Positions 1 through 12,020 of a stretch of DNA of 64,000 nucleotides are shown in pieces (position 1 is the stretch's first letter; each line of letters starts with the position of its first letter). The notes below the pieces were generated by a model that was not told the origin of the DNA, ran no database searches, and worked only from the letters and a program-made list of their open reading frames with translations. A program made the translations under genes and the position numbers. Origin of the DNA: Octopus vulgaris (Eukaryota); assembly GCA_951406725.2 (NCBI GenBank), contig OX597817.1, positions 28,458,001 through 28,522,000 of the forward strand, given 5' to 3'.

Positions 1-629
1 GATATTTTCTTAGTTTTTTTTTTATTATTTCATATTTCTCAAAACTTTGAGTAATTTTTGCTTCTGATTTTACAAATAGATTATACAATTATATTGATTG
101 AACAGTATTATTTTTTAGTCATAGAATGTTAGACCTTTGGGGAATACGAGAGAGAAGATGAGTTGATTTTTACATGGAATTAGCAATGTAAATAATATTA
201 AGAACTATGACTTGAAATTAAAACTAAATTGTTTAAAGATTACCATTACACTATGGTATTTATTGAAGTTAAAAAAAAACTGTTTCTGGCACAATGTTTT
301 GAGTTGCATGGTTGTTTGAAATGTTTACTATATGAGAAAATGTATAATTACTTAAACTATATTCTTGTTATTAATGACTAAGCTATTCCTGAGTATGCTC
401 ATAGCATAATGATATCATTAAACTTATTGAGAGAATTTGTAGTCAACATGTCTGATGGTCTAGTTTTGCTTCAAATACTGCTGCTCACTCTAAAGATTTG
501 TAATTAGCTATTGGTACTGTATAGAGCACAGTAAGGCAGATAATGATTCCAGGCAGTTTTGATAGTGTTTCTTACAACAAAACAGCATTTATTAAAGATT
601 GTTTTTGATATTCCTTTCTTTCTTTAGGT

Positions 630-1150
630 GCCATGTCCAGAATGTAGGACATAGGCGATCATGTCCTGCCACGATTTTCTTTATTTTCTGTAACAGTTCC
701 CCTTCCTGGAGTTTAATGCCTCTTTCTCCCAACCAGTTTGTCAAGCTTGACATTCTTATCATCTTTCTCCTTCCTCTGCTTTTTTTTATCTTCAAATTTT
801 CTGGTCATTGCTAAATTCTCCAGGCCTTCTTTCCTCATCACTTAAATCTTAGTTTCCTATTTACTGCAGCCCAGGTCATCACTTCATTAGACACTTTGTC
901 TGTCTATGCTATCCCCAATATTCTACTCAAGAACCACATTTCACAGCTCCTCAAACACCTTCTTGTTTTTAATGCTATAGATCTTGCTTCCATTAACACA
1001 GGATAGGCATAACAGTTCAGTATATGGAACAGAGTACAGTTTCTCAAGGTGTTATACAATTTGGGGAGTGCAAATTTTGCCAGCATTATTTGTCTTTGAG
1101 ATCCTACACACATCTTATGTCTTCATGATCAAAATTCCAATGATGTGATA
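630..1150 (-). mobile_element. Degraded RTE-clade LINE, 3' part of the ORF
   Basis: Minus-strand frames give EDIRCVGSQRQIMLAKFAL, CYAYPVL, RSCEMWFLSRILGIA, VMRKEGLEN and KKSRGRRK. These match RTE post-RT motifs (EIKRRIxLAK, EMWFYRRML, GHVMRKEGLE, GKRSRGR). Frameshifted; boundaries approximate. Confidence 0.75.
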
Positions 1151-1470
1151 TAGAAGCAGTATTCAGAATATGTTTTTCTCCTGCAGGAGAGGCAGAAAAG
1201 GATGGGCACAATCGAGATAGAATTTTGGAGTATGTTGAAACAGTCTTCCGGCATACATATTTACATGTGAAAGAATGTGGCTGCATAGGGGCTGTACGAT
1301 GATATCAAGGATAGTAGATTTCACATGTTTGAAGTAATGCCACTAAATGTAAAGTTTTCTGGGCTTTTAACTTGTAAATATTAAAATTACAAAACCTTCT
1401 TTAATTTCAGTATAACTGATCAAGATTTATAGAATCAGTTGAATTACTCCATGCAATTCATTTCTTATTA

Positions 1471-2180
1471 TACAAGGTGGTCCAAAAGTCTTAATACTCC
1501 CTACATATTGTTTATTATTGTCATTATTATCATTATTTTTTTATTTTAACACAAGCCCCACATGTAATGATTTGGGCCATCACATCAAGTACCTAGTAGG
1601 ACCCTATTTTTTCAAGGGCGTTGTTAACCAACGATCTTACTTGGTCATGTTAAGGGAGTGATTTGTTCCACAACTCCCAAGGTTGAATATTGACCTGAAT
1701 GATTGTTGGTTTCAACAAGATGGTTCCCTACCCCACTATGCTATTCACTGTCCAAGAATACTGAAATGAAGTTTTGCAGGATAGATGGATAGGGCAAGGA
1801 TCTCAACAACTTCCAGCACCTGTCGATTGGCCTCCCAGAAGTCCAGACCTCACGTCTTGCGATAATGCTCTGTGGGATATTATTATCAAGGAGAGAGTTT
1901 CACATGAACGATACCAGAATACCCTTCTGTTGAAGGACGCTGTTCAGAGAGCCTTTGAAGCAATCATTAATGCACAGCTTCGAAAAATATCACATAGGAC
2001 ATGGCACCACCTCATTTTGTGCAACGAAAATAATGGTGGTCATACAGGCTTTCTTGATGTATGACAGCGTCAAAGTGAATAAAACTAAATCCAGTTCCTG
2101 CTTTGGATTACAGCATTACTTGTTTTATTGTTCTCATTACTTTTCAGTAGGGGTTAACAAGAATTTCAGACTCCCCTATA
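1471..2180 (+). mobile_element. Internally deleted Tc1/mariner DNA transposon (DD41D/rosa-like, D46D spacing)
   Basis: Degenerate TIRs starting with TA: TACAAGGTGGTCCAAAAGTCTT... at 1471 vs the reverse complement of 2147-2180, 23/34 identical by eye. Transposase remnant VGPYFF, WFQQDG, WIG, WPPRSPDLTSCDNALW with stops and a frameshift. Confidence 0.85.
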
Positions 2181-2289
2181 GATTAGAACATTGATCACAA
2201 CCTTCTATTTGGATGACATTAGTACCATAAATACAACATATTTAAATGTCAAACAACAAATTAGCTTATTCCATGTCCTTCAACACAAA

Positions 2290-2670
2290 TGCTATCTTTC
2301 GTTCTTTGTTGGTTTTCTCATTTATTTTCTTCACCATCTTTGTTTTTTTTTTTCCACAATTTTTTTTTTTACTTATTTTCTCATTCTTTTGGCTTTTCCT
2401 CACTACTTGTTCTCTTTTACTTCTTCCTCTTTATTTCTTCCTCTAATTCCTTTCTTTTGACTACTTCACCTCTTGTTTTTTTTCTTCTTGGCTTCATATT
2501 TATTTTTCTGCTCTTTTTCTTTGTTGCTCTATTTCACTGTTATCTTCTTCTTTGCTTCTTTTTCCTCTCTTTATCTTGCTTTTTTTTTTTTTTTGCTTCT
2601 TTCACTGTCATTTCTCCTTTGGTATTTTCCTTTCATCTTTTCAGTGCCATGCATTCTCTTTCTCAGTTTT
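2290..2670. repeat. Pyrimidine-rich (T/C) low-complexity tract
   Basis: Long run of TTC/TTT/CTT words; source of the overlapping Phe/Leu/Ser-rich spurious ORFs. Confidence 0.8.
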
Positions 2671-4424
2671 TTTAATCTATCAACCTGCCATTCAGATTTC
2701 TCCACCTTCTGTTGTGTATTCATCATGGTTAATATCCTGCAACTTTTTTTATAAACAGAAGAGTACTCTCCATTTGAAATAACAACCTTTTGATTCATAA
2801 CCAATTAAAGCCATTTCCCCAAAACTGCAATGAAGAATACAATATTAAATTTTCAAGATCACTTATTAAAAATTGGTAATTTTTATGGAATTAGATTCTT
2901 TCTATTTTCTCAGCTTCGTTAACTTTGATTCTGTTTCAGTCTTTTTATGACTCTAAAATTCTGTTTGCCTTTCTCTCTCGCTTTCTCTCTCTCTTTCTCT
3001 CTCTCTCTCACTCAACTATCAATGTGTGTATCTCTCTTGGTTTTACTCTTTCTGCTCTATTTTTCTTTTCTGGCTTAATTTCTACAATACCCCCTCCCCT
3101 CTGTTTCATTGTTTATTTTATATTATTCTTTGCTTTCACTTTAGCTTTACTTTTTCAAATCTTTCTCACTTTAGTTCTGATACTCTGGAGATTATCCACA
3201 ACATGCCACACTTTAGCTTGTGTATTATATAGTTCTTACTTTACATTCCATTGTGTGTGTGTGTGTGTGTTATGAATGCATAATTATATATGTGCACATG
3301 TTTTTGCACCTCTGGGGATCTCTTTCTATGCATTACAATATTTACATATATATGTATCTGTCTCTCTATGGTCATGCGTATATTCATGTATCTACATGGT
3401 TATGTGTTCATCTGTAAGTATGGCTATGTGTGTATCTACGTGTCTTCCATGAACATACATGTGTTTCTTTGTTCACACATATGTACATTTCTGCATTTGG
3501 TTAGCAGTGTATATGTTTGTACACTTATGTTTACGTGATCTGTAGTTTCAGTCTGTGTATATCAAGCCAATTATGTTAGATGTAAGAGTATAAAAGTAGT
3601 CTTATATCTATGTTTACATTGATTTTCTTTGTATTTCCTTTATTCAATCTATTTTCATAATTTTGTCTTTTTTAATTAATCCGGCTTTGGAAAGTTTAAA
3701 TTTAGTTGTTTTTATTAGAAATAAGAGATTTAGATTTCAATAAACTGGATTTCTATTTATTATTTATTTTATATTCCAACTTTAGAATTAGCTGCTAAGA
3801 ATCATAAAACTAACTAAAGCAAATATTCCCAGAGAAATTTAGCAGCCTTTGATAGATCTAACATACAATTTCAGAATGACTATATTGTTCTTATTGTAGA
3901 CAACAGCTTTATAGATATTTCTTTTCTTAATTATTTTTCATCAAACTATTTTTGTTTTTATTGCTCTATCTTGTTAGTAAAGGTTGAATGGATTTGAGGA
4001 TTTAGACATGAAATTTATAACTGAATACTACTGAAGTAAAGAGAAAGTGTCTATTTTTCAGCTGTATTAAAATTGCATCAGTCAGTCAGTGCCTTAGATG
4101 TTAGCCATTTGGAACCTCAGTGTGAATTTGTTGGATTTTGATATATATCCGAAAATAAAATGTTACAGTTTATGTAAGAGCACCTAATCTAGCTTATCAA
4201 TAGATCTTATTGATAGTAGCTTATCAGTAGGTCAATATCTAGTGTTTCATTGATCATCTTGTCATATACCACTAATTTGTTAGATCAGATATAACTATAT
4301 TGTAACAATGATGACAATAACTATTAATTGTTAATTGGTTATCTGATAGATACTAGAATGTCTGTTTACTGTATACTTAGCTCATAATCAACATGCTAAC
4401 AATTGCGATTTTTTTGCCAACAAG

Positions 4425-4585
4425 GGAGTCACTGCATGGTCATTTGATATTATTGATCTGGCAGCTAAATCATATCCTACTATCTTAGAAAGGGAACACA
4501 TCCTGAATATACAAAAAGATAGGATAATTCATGTTGGAAAGTCATCGATCTCCTTGCTCATGTCTGACTAAATGCTAAACAACCA
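4425..4585 (+). mobile_element. Old dispersed repeat (SINE-like), degraded
   Basis: Shares motifs (CTGCATGGTCA, TATCCTACTATCTTAG, CATG.TGGAA, AACAAC end) with 43150-43355 and, in reverse, with 8910-9060, 12580-12800 and 57127-57290. Confidence 0.4.
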
Positions 4586-4989
4586 CTTTTGCAACTATAG
4601 GCATCCACCTCGTTATGGAAACATTGCAAACCCAAAATCCTGTGATAACATGTCATTCTGTAATAAGACATCCACATCACATGGAAATCACAAGGAAATA
4701 TGTTTTACATTATGGTGTTCCATATTATGACTAGATTTTCAAGGAAACAGTGTCTCTATAATGCAGAGAATACCTGAGTTCATAACTAGTTACAGTTGTG
4801 ATATAAAATATAGCACATTCCACTTGATTGCAGACTACTTAAAGTAGTCTTTGAAAAGTTTAAAAACCATATCATCATGTCTTTTGATGGTGTGTATACA
4901 TTTAGTATGAAACACAGTTGGCAATTTATATTTGTCTTGCAAACAAACAACTTGCACATGCAAGTGCTACCAGTTAAAAGCTCCATATA

Positions 4990-5345
4990 TCGGAAGCTAG
5001 CAAGTGTATGGGGTCATCAGGAGAGAATGCGCGCCGTTTCGGGGCCTACCTCTCGATGGCATCAATGCGCACTGGCCCCCCTCAGTGATATGAGGCCCCG
5101 CTTGCTAGATCAGCTGGTCATGAAGAACTCAATATACTTCTAGCCATCGCTCATCGTCTCTTTTTAACCAAATCCAGTGGCTAGCCTTCTCCACTGTAGA
5201 TTGGATATCAGTCATGGTGGTATTGACTTTACAATGAGTTAGGCCTAACGATAACAACAGTCGTCTCACACTGTGTCCTACAAACCCTCTACATCCGACT
5301 TCGATAGGAAAATGTTCCGCTTTCCAGCCTGCGTCTTCACTGTTG
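4990..5345 (-). mobile_element. 5'-truncated HERO-clade non-LTR retrotransposon (restriction-like endonuclease C-terminus plus 3' UTR)
   Basis: ORF 5129-5374(-): EDAGWKAEHFPIEVGCRGFVGHSVRRLLLSLGL...EKASHWIWLKRDDERW, the GW..P(I/V)EVGCRGF...AS.WxWxKR signature of HERO RLE domains. Followed by a GC-rich structured UTR. Confidence 0.85.
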
Positions 5346-5384
5346 CAATTGCCAATATACATACACACATACACATATGTATAT

Positions 5385-5740
5385 CATTGTAATTCAATGC
5401 CTCTCTTCTATGCTGGATGGATCAGACAATTTGACAGGATCCACCAACCCAGTAGACTGTATCAAGTTCAAATGACTGCTCTGGCATGTTTTCTGTGGTT
5501 GGATACCCTTCCTAATGTCAACCTCTTCATAGAGTTTACTAGTGGGTTTTTTTGTGGCACTGGCATGTGTGAGGTGTCGTAGTAGCTCACATGACAAAGT
5601 AAACCACCCCTGAACTGAGAGAAAGATGGCTTTATACCAAGTGCTGAGAAACTAAATTATGATAGTGGCACAGGCACAAGGTGTCTTGCTATGCCTGTCC
5701 TTCTGTCATACTTTAACCTCTGAACACTTGACATACACAT
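5385..5740 (-). mobile_element. Degraded RTE 3'-UTR-type retroposon
   Basis: Contains GGATACCCTTCCTAATGTCAACC, a variant of the GGATGCCCTTCCTAACGCCAACC motif shared by the RTE-tail copies in this window. Confidence 0.6.
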
Positions 5741-7520
5741 ATATAAAATAATTCTTCAAGCAGCAGCAAGAATAGAGTTTACGATAAGTGGAGTAAGTGG
5801 TTTTGCAAATGAAATTATCTGGTTGCATTTCGTAATTTTATCTGTTCTGCTTGTTGATTTCAAATATAAATCTGTGACTCAAATAGTCAAATGAGTTCAT
5901 TGAGAAAAAAAAAAAAGAATTCCTTTGAGAAAAGGAAGTGTCAAAACTATTGATAATTTTGTTTAAAAGTAAATGATTGTTAAGAGAGTACATGTGTATA
6001 ATTGGACATTTGTGCATGTATGCCTGTAGCTAATTTAGATCTGATTATATAATTTCTAGGATTAACAATAATAACAACAGCAAAACAACAACTGCAGATG
6101 CTATAGCAATTGCTATGTGTTCCTACTTCTGTTGTTAGCTGCTCAACAAAAAAAAGCCTTTAATTGTATTTTTCTGGAATGTTATTCACATTGATGACTG
6201 CCAGTGGTATTCAAAATTTTGTTGTTTTCCTTGCTGTTTGAAACTTGTTTTTCTAGTTACCCATTTATAATGCATCATCAGGGATTCCGGTGTGTATCTA
6301 CATTTGCGTGATAATTTCATAGTTATATCATGTTGCACAGAGTAGTGGAGAAGCTGAAAGTCTTCTTCACTTGAATAACTACAAATCTGTATTTCTTTAT
6401 TATTATTATACAGCATGCATTTCATAATGTACTTACACTAGTTCATAAATATGTAATTTGGAGTATCTCAGTATCTATCCTTACCTATCCCACTCCATAT
6501 GCTCCTTTCTGTTTATGAAGGACATCCACTAGCGCTAAATTATCTATTAATGGGTTTTAAACATATTTTTGTCACGAAAAGGCATACTACAAAAGAAACA
6601 GAAAGCCCAAATGATTACTGTAAACACCTAATAAGGCAATTAATATCTGACATTTCTGCTTAAGTTAATACCTAATCTACATATATTTTATTACTTCTTT
6701 TATCTAACAGGGAAAAATATCAAGATAGATGACTTAATTATTATTCTCTTTAGGCTGTTATCATAGTAAGGCTGAATACTTTTCTTTTATATTTCCAAGA
6801 CTGTGGTAGTGAGCTGACTTGAAAATTTAAGTCCTCTTATACAACAGTACTCTATTGGTTACAAATATTAAATTTAGTGGAGAGGATGCTTATAATTTTA
6901 AAACAACTACAGATAAAACAATAACAAATTCTATTGTGTTTTCACTTTCTTGTTGTCAGGTTCTGTTTAATCATCTGTCCTACTATATTGAAAATCTAAC
7001 AACTTTTTGTCACTTGAATTTTATCCTTAGCAACAGCAAAGACCAGATTTTATTTTTGATAGAGGTAAAAAACTTTTCTAATAATCATTCATGATAATAA
7101 AGAAAATATAGAACTCTTACTTTTGAAGGCCATAAATCTTCAGCAATTTTTACAAATATTTGAATTGCATCAGTATCCAGTGTATATCTAAGTAGACTAT
7201 GCTATATTTTACTTAGGAGTATCTATGCTCACTAAGTGAAGACTATGAAATTAGGAGTAATATAAATGTTAAAAGTTTGTGAGTCTTATATTTTAAAATT
7301 TCTGTATGTTGTTAAAAATTCTGCAGAGATAGTAGTTATAATTTTTAAAGTTATAGACTGAAAGCCGACATTATGCTGTATTTATGACCAAGAATTATTT
7401 AACATTTAATAATGCAGTGTATCTGGCTCAAATTAGACACTATGTGGACATCCAACCTACTATTGTAAGCATTGGTAACACTATATAATTAATGACTATG
7501 TAGTTTATATGAATATATAT

Positions 7521-7675
7521 ATCATCACCATCATCGTTTAACATCTGCTTTCCATGCTAGCATGGGTTGGACAATTTTGACTGAGGGCTAGCGAACCAGC
7601 AGGCTGCACCAGGCTCCAATCTTGATCTGGCAGTTTCTACAGTTAGATGCCCTTCCTAACGCCAAGGAAGGGCAT
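7521..7675 (-). mobile_element. Short 5'-truncated RTE-tail retroposon
   Basis: (CAT)n tail, TTTCCATGCTAGCATGGGTTGGAC...GATGCCCTTCCTAACGCCAA; lies between TA runs. Confidence 0.8.
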
Positions 7676-7904
7676 ATATATATATATATATATACACATA
7701 TGCATATAAAGAAACATTGATCATAGAACAAACATCAAATTTGAGTCAACGACTTTATATATAACATCATACCTCCAAACATTTGATCATATATAAATAT
7801 CACCATGGTTCTTAAACATATAAAGTAAACATATACAAAATACACAGAAGGTAAAAATATATATGTGAATAAAAATACAAAAAGCGACATAAATTATTTC
7901 TTGT

Positions 7905-7938
<34 letters not shown>

Positions 7939-8233
7939 GGGCACAATGGCCCAGTGGTTAGGGCAGCGGACTCGCGGTTGTAGGATCACAGTTTTGATTA
8001 CCAGACCAGACGTTGTGAATGTTTATTGAATGAAAACACCTAAAGCTCCACAAGTCTCCGGCAGAGGGTGTTGGCGATCCCTGCTGTACACTTTTGCCAC
8101 AACTTTCTCTCACTCTTTCTTCTGTTGGCCTGCTCACTTAGCCAGTGAAGTGGCGTCATTTGAAGGCTAAAACAATGTGAAGCGCATTGTGACCAGCGAT
8201 GTGTAGCAACATCTGATAGCCTGGTCAGTCTCT

Positions 8234-8238
<5 letters not shown>
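7939..8238 (+). mobile_element. tRNA-derived SINE, family B (octopus OR-type-like)
   Basis: Head GGCACAATGGCCCAGTGGTTAGGGCAGCGGACTCGCGG (A box) with a decayed B box. Collinear over about 300 bp with 26066-26368. Flanked by (TA)n on both sides. Confidence 0.85.
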
Positions 8239-8287
<49 letters not shown>

Positions 8288-8457
8288 TACCTTGGACATG
8301 AATTGTATACTAAACTGATTTTTCTATAGTACAAATATAAAAACAAAATTTCGGGTTATGAAAGCTTTAGACCTAACACATTTCAACATTCTCAAATTGG
8401 TCAATTGGGTCTACTTTCTATAGATTTACTTTCGAAAAATAATTTTGAATTTTAAAC

Positions 8458-8502
<45 letters not shown>

Positions 8503-8909
8503 CACAACTTCTTATATTTTTTATTCCAAAGTTTCAAGCTTTATATTAGAAATGATCAACTATCATGGTTACAGAGGTCAGTTTCATGAAATCTGCTTGT
8601 GTTTGAAAATCTGTCAGTAGATCGTATGCTCTTTATGAGCCGTAATTAAGCTGCTCATGCATAAAATACATTCCTTTTATGATAGACATATGAAAAAGTG
8701 ACTGACTGTTGTATGCTGTAACACTATCCTGGCATATTATTTGTTTACATCTGTATATACAACAGATTATTTTCCTGTTACCAACTATTTGTTGATGAAT
8801 AAATTATTTTGCATTAAGTATTAAAGTGTTATTAAATTGTGAATGATCTAATTGCATGATACTACTGTTTATCTCTAGGTGTATACCTTTTCAAGCAGAT
8901 GAATGATTA

Positions 8910-9060
8910 AAGGCTTTGAAGCAGCAACTAGCCCATCTTTTTTCATTTATCTGAGACTATAGCCAACTCTGTCTGTTTTTATATTAAAAGGTAGGGTATG
9001 ACCTCAGGGATATCTTACTCCTGTTTCTAGCAGTTTAAGCATATAGGTTCCCCTTGGTAG
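8910..9060 (-). mobile_element. Old dispersed repeat fragment (same family as 12580-12800)
   Basis: GGTAGGGTATGA...TGTTTCTAGCAG...GGTTCCCCT motifs shared with 12580-12800. Confidence 0.4.
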
Positions 9061-9524
9061 CATCCTTGATCATTGTGCAAGTTCATTTCCTCTCTGTCAA
9101 ACTTTGATAACAACAATATATAAACATATAAAATATAAACATGCTATTTTCCCTTTATATTTTGTTATTCTTTTATAGACTTCAGTTAATGTACTGCTTC
9201 CATGGTAGGGTATCATAATCAGTGATCTTTTTAGTTTTTAGTTAATAATATCAGTGAATGAACTTATTTCAGTCTGGGACTTATTTTATTGTTACCTACT
9301 TTTTGAATGGCTAAGTTACCTTTTAAATACAAAATTAGTATGTATGTGTGAGTGTATATATAAAAATGAAGTAGATAAAAAGAAGATTGATTAAACATGT
9401 TGGGATTCAAACTTAAGTGAGTTTCTACTTATAGATATCAGAAATGTTGTTGGTATTAAATGACACTGGACTGGGTTTATAGCATTCTGTAAACCAGTTA
9501 TGAAAAATGAATCAAGTATAGATA

Positions 9525-9689
9525 GGCGCAGGAGTGGCTGTGTGGTAAGTAGCTTCTCTGCCAACCACATGGTTCTGGGTTCAGTCCCACTGCGTGGCAC
9601 CTTGGGCAAGTGTCTTCTACTATAGCCTCGGGCCGACCAAAGCCTTGTGAGTGGATTTGGTAGACGGAAACTGAAAGAAGCCTGTTGTA

Positions 9690-9746
<57 letters not shown>

Positions 9747-9958
9747 TTGTGTATCTGTGTTTGTCCCTCTAGCATTGCTTGACAACCGATGCTGGTGTGT
9801 TTATGTCCCCGTTACTTAGCGATAGAATAAGTGCTGTACTGAGACCGATAGAATAAGTACTGGGCTTACAAAAGAATAAGACCCGGGGTCGAGTTGCTTG
9901 ATTAAAAGGCGGTGCTCCAGCATGGCCGCAGTCAAGTGACTGAAACAAGTAAAAGAGA
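9525..9958 (+). mobile_element. tRNA-derived CORE-like SINE, family A, full length, with internal (TA)n(TG)n
   Basis: GGCGCAGGAGTGGCTGTGTGGTAAG (A box), GGTTCAGTCCC (B box), GCACCTTGGGCAAGTG (CORE-like), end CCAGCATGGCCGCAGTCAAGTGACTGAAACAAGTAAAAGAG. Several near-identical copies in the window. Confidence 0.9.
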
Positions 9959-10044
9959 GATATAGGTGAGGGAAAATGTGTATCAAATGAAATAATCATA
10001 TTGTTGTATGAGCTGCAAAGATGTGGAGTGATATATCTTGTTTG

Positions 10045-10152
10045 AAAACAAAGATTAGCATCAGAAAAGGTATCTGATTGTAAAATATAGTTTTAAGAAG
10101 ATTCATCCAACCCATGCTAGCATGAAAAAAGTGGATGTAAAAATGATAATGA
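10045..10152 (+). mobile_element. Degraded RTE-tail fragment
   Basis: CATCCAACCCATGCTAGCATGAAAAAAGTGGATGTAAAAATGATAATGAT. Confidence 0.6.
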
Positions 10153-11578
10153 TTAAAATCAAGATTAATATTATTGAAGCTTTGATTTTACAATATGATT
10201 TTATAGGATTCGGCAAAATGCTCTAGGATTATTCAGAGAGAAAAATATGAAGTTATCATCATCATCATTGTTGTTAATTTTATTATTATTGTCATTAGTA
10301 TTTTTTTTTTATTATATAAAATCATTTAATCATTTCTCAAGTCATCCAAGCAATGAGGGTTTTGGGAGACTGATATTATTGTGTGTGTGACTAGAAAACA
10401 CTTTGAAAAACTGGAACTTCTTAAAACAATTTACAGATAGTTTTTGAGAGAAGTTGCAATGTAAAAATTTGGGGTTTTCTCCCATCAAAATCTATAATAA
10501 AACATATTTCTGACTTTATGCAAAATATAATTTACGAATGAATTTACTTTTAAGAATGTTTTCCAAACATAATTCATGTATTATACATAAGTATAATCAC
10601 TTATATAGTTGTTGAAGATAGTCTTAAATGTTTATCTTTACAAGCTTCATTTCCACTCAATTCTCAGTTATTGCCACCTTAGTCTACATGCAGCCAGAAA
10701 ACATTTGATGTCTCTATTCTCCCATTATACAAATTGGTCTGTTACTCTTGAAAACTTAGATGAAAGTACATACGTTGCTTTTCACATGAATTCAAACATT
10801 TAACCATAACTACCATGAAAAACTTGTAGCAAAGCTGTCTACCTACAGACTTTAATCTTTCTCATGTTTTGTATTTGGGCTTTCTTTTCACATTGTTTCA
10901 TTACTCTGGTCCTTGTTCTTTTAACCAAAATTACAATTTCTATACATCTTGGGTATAGCAACAACTGTTTGCTGTTACCTTCAACTATCCAAACTTCTGT
11001 GCATATGATAACACGTTTACTCCTTAACTTCTTGCATAGTCATAATTTTCTTGCAGTTGACATGCTTCCTACCAAATATGGTTAATGTCTATAAATGGAG
11101 GCTCAGAAAATATTCTGCAATGGGAATGTGATAAATTAGTCTCATTCATCAATACTAAGACAAACATGAAAACACACTTATAACACTGCATCCTATCTAA
11201 TCTTCAGTATCATAGTAGAAAAACCAACTCACCCACCTCTTTGAATGCAATCTTCTCAAATACCTTCCATAGCTATGTTTTCTTCACAAATATTGGCCTT
11301 CCAGATTCAAACTGAGCAGAAATTCAATTTCATTGGTCTGCAGGCCCTAAGAGCTTTGTCCTTATTTTGCTGCTTAACAACAACCACCCTACCCCCACAA
11401 AAAGCTAATGTAAGATAAGCATTCTTCTCTTTTTTTTTTTACTCACATACAAAGTGGTTTTCATATCAAACATGTATATACAACTTATATGCATACACTG
11501 ACTTATATAAATTCTTATGAGTACACTGTTCAGCTGGTTTTTAAAAATTATATTAGCTGTAATATTACTATTAGTCAA

Positions 11579-12020
11579 AAACTCTTGTTTGAAGCTTGCC
11601 AAAAGCTGTTCCTGCACACTTCAGATGGTGTTGGATTTCATCACTGAGGTCTACAAGCATACAAAAGGAGGCCAGAAGAAACGCTACAAGGACTCTCTGA
11701 AATCGAACCTCAAAAAGTGTGACATTGACTTTACCAACTGGGAGGAAACGGCAAAAAACAGACCACTCTGGAAAACCACCATCCATGAAGGAACGGCGAA
11801 TTTCGAGTCGAAAAGGTCTGCAGAGCTGGAGGAGAAAAGACGACGACGGAAGGAGCGCCAACAACAGCCACGTGCGACTCTCCCTTCCGGCACTAGATGT
11901 CCGCCCTGTGACCGATCTTTTCGAGCAAGAATTGGTCTTATCAGTCACCTGCAGACTCACCAATAAATTTGCGCGAAGACCATCATCCTCGACCTTGAGA
12001 GATTGCCATAGTAGTAGTAG
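11579..12020 (+). mobile_element. 5'-truncated, 5'-inverted RTE LINE with 13-bp TSD
   Basis: GGQKKRYKDSLKSNLK...LWKTTIHEG...CPPCDRSFRARIGLISHLQTH (RTE C-terminus with C2H2-like finger), (TAG)n tail, TSD TACTATTAGTCAA at 11566-11578 and 12021-12033. The first ~70 bp encode DEIQHHLKCAGTAFGKLQTRVF on the minus strand. Confidence 0.92.

Noticed and set aside
2191-3538. Cluster of hydrophobic ORFs resembling membrane proteins
   Set aside because: Products of T/C-rich low complexity and TG/TA repeats, open in several frames at once.
6252-6295. Possible 33-nt exon (TTTTTCTAG|TTACCC...ATTCCG|GTGTGT)
   Set aside because: Weak donor and no recognisable peptide; expected by chance.
7939-8010. Functional tRNA genes at SINE heads (also 9525, 26066 and 28820-28891)
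   Set aside because: A/B boxes continue into SINE bodies, with no intact cloverleaf or terminator.
9391-9999. Recurrent similar ORFs (also 38337-38805 and 59573-60058) as a gene family
   Set aside because: They are translations of family A SINE copies.
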